DNA of 64,000 nucleotides, taken from assembly GCA_039800205.1 (NCBI GenBank), contig JBDLRB010000049.1, positions 6,464-70,463 on the forward strand. The letters run 5' to 3'. Numbering within the stretch: position 1 is the first letter of the stretch; every line of letters begins with the position of its first letter. Below are positions 59,878 to 64,000 of this stretch, one piece after another. This DNA is from Pseudomonadota bacterium. GTDB lineage: Bacteria; Pseudomonadota; Gammaproteobacteria; Burkholderiales; Burkholderiaceae_E. The notes beneath the pieces are model-generated. The model did not search any database. It was not told the origin of the DNA and saw nothing but the letters and a program-made list of their open reading frames with translations. The position numbers and the translations under genes are program-made.

Positions 59878-60465
59878 ATGCGAATTGCCGAGATTACCCG
59901 CAACACCGCCGAGACCCGGATCCGTGCGCGACTCAACCTCGATGGCACGGGGACGCGCACGCTGGCCTCGGGCGTTCCCTTCCTCGACCATATGCTCGAC
60001 CAGATTGCCCGCCATGGTCTGATCGATCTCGATATCCATGCCGACGGTGATCTTCACATTGATGCGCATCACACCGTCGAAGACATCGGCATCACGATGG
60101 GGCAGGCCTTCAATCAGGCCATCGGCGACAAGGTCGGCGTTCGGCGCTATGGACATGCCTATGTGCCCCTCGATGAGGCGCTTTCCCGGGTTGTGGTCGA
60201 TCTCTCTGGCCGGCCCGGTTTGATCTGGCAGGTCGATTTCCGTCGCGCGATGATCGGCAGCTTCGACGTCGATCTGGCGCACGAATTCTTCCAGGGCTTC
60301 GTCAATCACGCCCAGATCACTGTTCACGTCGACAACCTGCGCGGCGATAACGCTCATCACCAGTGCGAAACGATCTTCAAGGCTTTTGGCCGCGCACTTC
60401 GGCAGGCGGTCGAGCTGGACCCCCGCGGTGCGGGCCGTGTACCCTCCACCAAGGAAGCGCTCTGA
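59878..60465 (+). CDS. hisB: imidazoleglycerol-phosphate dehydratase (monofunctional)
   Basis: Contains [13 protein letters not shown] and [19 protein letters not shown]. At 195 aa it has no phosphatase domain. Confidence 0.9.
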   Translation: MRIAEITRNTAETRIRARLNLDGTGTRTLASGVPFLDHMLDQIARHGLIDLDIHADGDLHIDAHHTVEDIGITMGQAFNQAIGDKVGVRRYGHAYVPLDEALSRVVVDLSGRPGLIWQVDFRRAMIGSFDVDLAHEFFQGFVNHAQITVHVDNLRGDNAHHQCETIFKAFGRALRQAVELDPRGAGRVPSTKEAL

Positions 60466-60490
60466 GCGCCCGTCGTCGAGAGTCGTTGCG

Positions 60491-61132
60491 ATGACACAAA
60501 CGATCGTTGTCGTGGACTACGGTATGGGCAATCTGCGCTCGGTCGCCAAGGCGCTCGAGCACGTCGCGCCCGAGGCGCGGGTTCGGGTCTCGGGCGATCC
60601 GGAGGTTGTCCGCAGTGCAGATCGGGCGGTGCTGCCGGGCCAGGGCGCCATGCCCGACTGCATGCGGCATCTGCGTGAATCGGGTCTCACCGAATCCGTG
60701 CTCGAGCTCGCGCGCACCCGGCCCCTCTTCGGGGTCTGTGTCGGTGAGCAGATGCTGTTTGACTGGAGCGCGGAAGGCGATACCCCGGGGCTTGGGCTTT
60801 TCAAGGGACAGGTCGTGCGCTTTGCGCCCGCTGACATGGCTTTGCCGGATGGCCAGCGACTGAAAGTGCCGCACATGGGCTGGAACGAAGTCCATCCGAC
60901 CCGCGCGCACCCGGTCTGGGAGGGCGTCCGTCCGGGCGCTCGATTTTATTTCGTACATAGCTATTACGCTGTGCCGGACCAGGCCGAGGATGTCCTGGCG
61001 CAGTCGGATTACGGGGCGCGCTTTACCTGTGCCGTTGCGCGGGATAACATCATCGCGACACAATTTCACCCGGAAAAGAGCGCGGCCGATGGTCTGACGC
61101 TCTACCGTAATTTCGTGCATTGGCGTCCCTGA
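60491..61132 (+). CDS. hisH: imidazole glycerol phosphate synthase glutamine amidotransferase subunit
   Basis: Contains [12 protein letters not shown], the nucleophile context GVCVGEQML, and FHPEKS. Confidence 0.9.
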   Translation: MTQTIVVVDYGMGNLRSVAKALEHVAPEARVRVSGDPEVVRSADRAVLPGQGAMPDCMRHLRESGLTESVLELARTRPLFGVCVGEQMLFDWSAEGDTPGLGLFKGQVVRFAPADMALPDGQRLKVPHMGWNEVHPTRAHPVWEGVRPGARFYFVHSYYAVPDQAEDVLAQSDYGARFTCAVARDNIIATQFHPEKSAADGLTLYRNFVHWRP

Positions 61133-61225
61133 TTTCCCATTGACTGACCCGGTTCCCATCGGGTGCGTCCAGGCGTTCTGTTCAAAACCCGTACCCGACA
61201 CCAACCTCTTCGCCCAATTGCTCCC

Positions 61226-61966
61226 ATGCTGCTCATCCCCGCTATTGACTTGAAGGACGGTCGCTGTGTGCGTTTGCGCCAGGGCGACATGGACGACGCC
61301 ACGGTGTTTTCCGAGGATCCGGCCGAGATGGCCCGGCATTGGCTTGATCTGGGCGCGCGGCGTCTGCATCTGGTCGATCTGAATGGCGCAATCGCGGGCC
61401 GGCCACGAAACGAATCGGCGATCCGGGCGATTGTCGACGAAATCGCCGGGCGAATCCCGGTCCAGCTCGGTGGCGGTATCCGCGACCTCGACACGATCGA
61501 GCGCTATCTGGACAGTGGTCTGTCCTGGGTGATCATCGGTACGGCGGCCGTCAAGAATCCCGGGTTTCTGCAGGATGCCTGCACGGCCTTCCCGGGGCAG
61601 GTGATTGTTGGACTGGACGCGCGCGACGGCAAGGTTGCCACCGATGGATGGAGCCGCCTGACCAAGCACGAGGTCGTCGATCTGGCCCGGAAATTCGAGG
61701 ATTACGGCATCGAAGGGGTGATCTACACCGATATCGGTCGTGATGGCATGCTCACAGGCGTCAACGTCGAGGCGACCGTTCGTCTTGCGCAGGCGCTTCA
61801 TGTGCCGGTCATTGCATCCGGTGGCATGGCCAGCATGGCCGATGTCGAGCGCTTGTGCGCGGTGGAAGACGAGGGCATCGAAGGCGCCATTCTGGGTCGG
61901 GCGATCTACGAAGGCGCGCTCGATTTCGCAGCCGCGCAGCAGCGTGCCGACGAACTGAACGCTTGA
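61226..61966 (+). CDS. hisA: 1-(5-phosphoribosyl)-5-[(5-phosphoribosylamino)methylideneamino]imidazole-4-carboxamide isomerase
   Basis: Starts [17 protein letters not shown]. Contains VQLGGGIR and IASGG. Confidence 0.9.
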   Translation: MLLIPAIDLKDGRCVRLRQGDMDDATVFSEDPAEMARHWLDLGARRLHLVDLNGAIAGRPRNESAIRAIVDEIAGRIPVQLGGGIRDLDTIERYLDSGLSWVIIGTAAVKNPGFLQDACTAFPGQVIVGLDARDGKVATDGWSRLTKHEVVDLARKFEDYGIEGVIYTDIGRDGMLTGVNVEATVRLAQALHVPVIASGGMASMADVERLCAVEDEGIEGAILGRAIYEGALDFAAAQQRADELNA

Positions 61967-61977
61967 TGGGCGCAAGC

Positions 61978-62736
61978 ATGCTGGCCAAGCGCGTGATCCC
62001 TTGTCTCGATGTGACCGGTGGCCGGGTCGTGAAGGGGGTTCAGTTTGTCGACTTGCGAGACGCTGGCGACCCGGTCGAAATCGCCCGCCGGTACGACGAG
62101 CAAGGCGCCGATGAGCTGACTTTTCTCGACATCACGGCCTCCAGCGACGAACGCGACATCATTCTGAACGTGATTGAGGCGGTGGCCGACCAGGTCTTCA
62201 TTCCCTTGACCGTGGGCGGCGGGGTTCGGGCGGTGGGGGATGTGCGTCGGCTGCTCAATGCCGGAGCCGACAAGGTCTCGATCAACTCCGCAGCGCTCGC
62301 GGATCCTTCGCTGGTTGCCGACGCAGCCAGCCGTTTCGGGTCCCAATGCATTGTGATCGCCATCGATGCACGCGGCGACGGACCCGGGCGGTGGCAGGTC
62401 TACAGCCACGGGGGGCGCCGACCGACCGGGCGCGACGTCATCGATTGGGCATGCGAAGTCCAGCGACTGGGCGCCGGCGAGATTCTGCTGACCAGCATGG
62501 ACCGCGATGGCACGCGCCAGGGCTTTGATCTTGAATTGACGCGTGCGGTCTCGGATGCGGTCTCGATCCCGGTGATCGCCTCGGGCGGCGTGGGCACGCT
62601 TGAACACCTGGCCGAGGGAGTCAGCGTCGGGCGGGCCGATGCGGTGCTGGCCGCCAGCATTTTTCACTTTGGCGAGTACACGGTTGAGCAGGCCAAACGC
62701 GTGATGGCTGATCGCGGCCTGATCGTGCGGCTTTGA
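61978..62736 (+). CDS. hisF: imidazole glycerol phosphate synthase cyclase subunit
   Basis: Starts [12 protein letters not shown]. Contains TVGGGVR and IASGGVG. Confidence 0.95.
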   Translation: MLAKRVIPCLDVTGGRVVKGVQFVDLRDAGDPVEIARRYDEQGADELTFLDITASSDERDIILNVIEAVADQVFIPLTVGGGVRAVGDVRRLLNAGADKVSINSAALADPSLVADAASRFGSQCIVIAIDARGDGPGRWQVYSHGGRRPTGRDVIDWACEVQRLGAGEILLTSMDRDGTRQGFDLELTRAVSDAVSIPVIASGGVGTLEHLAEGVSVGRADAVLAASIFHFGEYTVEQAKRVMADRGLIVRL

Positions 62737-62739
62737 GCG

Positions 62740-63174
62740 ATGAATTCGACACCGCCTGCCGACCCCGGCCGACCCGATCCAGCCAGTGATTCCGAGGCCT
62801 GGCTCGATGCGGTTCGCTTCGATGAGCGGGGTCTGGTGACCGCCATCGCGCAGGACTATGCCAGTGGTCGGGTCTTGATGCTTGCCTGGATGAACCGCGA
62901 GTCCTTGTCCGAAACGGTGAGGACGGGCCGCGCAGTCTACTGGTCGCGTTCGCGTAACCGCCTCTGGCGCAAGGGCGAAGCGTCAGGCCATGAGCAAGCG
63001 GTTCATTCGATTGCACTCGATTGTGATGGCGATGCGGTGTTGCTCAAGGTCGAGCAACGGGGTGGGATCGCGTGCCACACGGGCCGTGCGTCCTGCTTTT
63101 TTCTCGAGCTGCATGGCCGTCGCTGGGACGCCATCGAGCCCGTGCTCAAGGATCCGGAGCTGATTTACCGATGA
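62740..63174 (+). CDS. hisI: phosphoribosyl-AMP cyclohydrolase
   Basis: Contains [20 protein letters not shown] and [11 protein letters not shown]. Confidence 0.9.
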   Translation: MNSTPPADPGRPDPASDSEAWLDAVRFDERGLVTAIAQDYASGRVLMLAWMNRESLSETVRTGRAVYWSRSRNRLWRKGEASGHEQAVHSIALDCDGDAVLLKVEQRGGIACHTGRASCFFLELHGRRWDAIEPVLKDPELIYR

Positions 63175-63569
63175 CCCCCGAACCTTCTCATGACGCGGTG
63201 CTCGAGCGCCTGGCGCAGGTGATTGCCTCCAGGCGTCAGGGCGATCCCGAGCGCTCTTACGTTGCACGACTGCTCGCCCGCGCGCCCGACGCGGTCCTCA
63301 AGAAGATCGGCGAAGAGGCCACTGAAACGGTCATGGCCGCCAAGGACGGCGATGCCGCCCGGATCGTCGCCGAAACGGCTGACCTCTGGTTTCACTGTCT
63401 CGTCATGCTCGAGCACTATGGTCTGGGGCCTCGCGCGGTGCTGGATGAGCTCGCGCGGCGCGAGGGCCTGTCCGGCCTCGAGGAAAAGGCCGCGCGCAAA
63501 GCGATCGAGCGCGAACGCGAGGACCTGGGCACGGTCGCCGCAACCCCTTCCAATGTGAGGCCTGGATGA
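63171..63569 (+). CDS. hisE: phosphoribosyl-ATP pyrophosphatase
   Basis: ATGA overlap with hisI. Contains [16 protein letters not shown] and [13 protein letters not shown]. Confidence 0.85.
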   Translation: MTPEPSHDAVLERLAQVIASRRQGDPERSYVARLLARAPDAVLKKIGEEATETVMAAKDGDAARIVAETADLWFHCLVMLEHYGLGPRAVLDELARREGLSGLEEKAARKAIEREREDLGTVAATPSNVRPG

Positions 63570-63925
63570 GTACGGATCACGATTGCATTTTCTGCCGCAT
63601 CGTCCGCGGCGAGATTCCTGCCCGCAAGATTCATGAGGACGAGCACATCCTCGCCTTTCACGACATCAACCCCAGCGCGCCGGTTCATTTCCTCATCATC
63701 CCGAAGCGGCACATCGCGAACTTCTACGATGTCCGTGATGAAGACTTCGACCTGCTGGGGCACTTGTTCGGCATGATCGGACCGCTTGCGCGTCGCGAGG
63801 GTCTCGATGATGGCTTCAGGGTCATTGTCAATAACGGTCGTGTGGGGCGGCAGGAGGTGTATCATCTTCACGTCCATGTGCTGGGCGGGCCCGAACCTCT
63901 CGGTTCCATGATGGGTCGACGCTGA
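63566..63925 (+). CDS. histidine triad (HIT) nucleotide-binding protein
   Basis: Starts [13 protein letters not shown]. Contains the HIT motif [13 protein letters not shown] overlap with hisE. Confidence 0.85.
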   Translation: MSTDHDCIFCRIVRGEIPARKIHEDEHILAFHDINPSAPVHFLIIPKRHIANFYDVRDEDFDLLGHLFGMIGPLARREGLDDGFRVIVNNGRVGRQEVYHLHVHVLGGPEPLGSMMGRR

Positions 63926-63948
63926 GCCTTCATTTTCAGGAGTGAGTT

Positions 63949-64000
63949 ATGGGAGCGATGAGCATTTGGCACTGGCTGATCGTGCTGGTGATCATCATGC
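63949..64000 (+). CDS. tatA: twin-arginine translocase subunit TatA, 3' end cut by window edge
   Basis: AGGAG lies 7 nt upstream of the ATG. MGAMSIWHWLIVLVII matches the TatA N-terminal helix. The expected position after the his operon and HIT gene also fits. Confidence 0.7.
   Translation, partial: MGAMSIWHWLIVLVIIM

Noticed and set aside
60377-61975. 532-aa minus-strand ORF across hisH and hisA
   Set aside because: It is antisense to two genes with unmistakable His-pathway motifs, and its translation is low-complexity and Arg/Gly/Asp-rich.

The same reasoning applies to other antisense ORFs: 55186-56553 (murA), 58586-59749 (hisC part), 6945-8333 (ftsY), 8410-9537, 3341-4363, 11062-12165, 17438-18433, 18435-19370, 19898-20818, 37213-38334, 41359-42501, 51683-52735 and 52017-53444.

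Overview
High-GC chromosomal segment (hand counts about 69% G+C in core genes). Its gene content and order are typical of Betaproteobacteria, order Burkholderiales. All calls rest on motif recognition, gene order and hand inspection; no database search was possible.

Nearly the whole window is tightly packed, conserved housekeeping DNA. In order:
- An aa3 cytochrome oxidase subunit III gene plus its assembly genes (DUF2909, SURF1, a CxxxC protein, ctaA, ctaB, SCO).
- rpoH, ftsY and an M16 peptidase pair, then rsmD, coaD, yfhL, sixA and divergent ppx/ppk1.
- ychF, pth, rplY, prs, tRNA-Gln(UUG), ispE, lolB and a TPR gene, then mutM and mutY.
- rapZ, hprK, ptsN, rpoN, lptBAC and kdsCD on the minus strand.
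- A CPA2 antiporter, mlaFEDACB, an ABC-2 exporter, ibaG and murA, then hisG through hisE, a HIT gene and the start of tatA.

I saw no rRNA, CRISPR array, transposase or integrase.

The accessory-looking parts are:
1. A hydantoin-utilisation cluster at 17.4-24.6 kb. It has a DapA-like lyase, D-hydantoinase, D-carbamoylase, a four-gene amino-acid-type ABC importer and a hydantoin racemase.
2. An AT-richer islet of about 1.1 kb at 27.8-28.9 kb. It carries a HEPN/MNT (type VII-like) toxin-antitoxin pair. It is bracketed by a perfect 18-bp direct repeat that duplicates the last five codons plus stop of ychF.

Other points worth a second look:
- hisD and hisC form one continuous 811-codon frame joined by a Gly/Ser-rich linker.
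- The rpoN-ptsN gap is too short to hold the usual hpf gene.
- There is a sigma-54-like promoter in front of the hyu ABC transporter.
- There is a Pho-box-like site upstream of ppk1.
- ispE contains a G10 homopolymer tract.
- The MlaA homolog lacks a lipobox cysteine.

I found no clearly novel multi-gene system. The many long antisense ORFs in the track are GC-driven artefacts.
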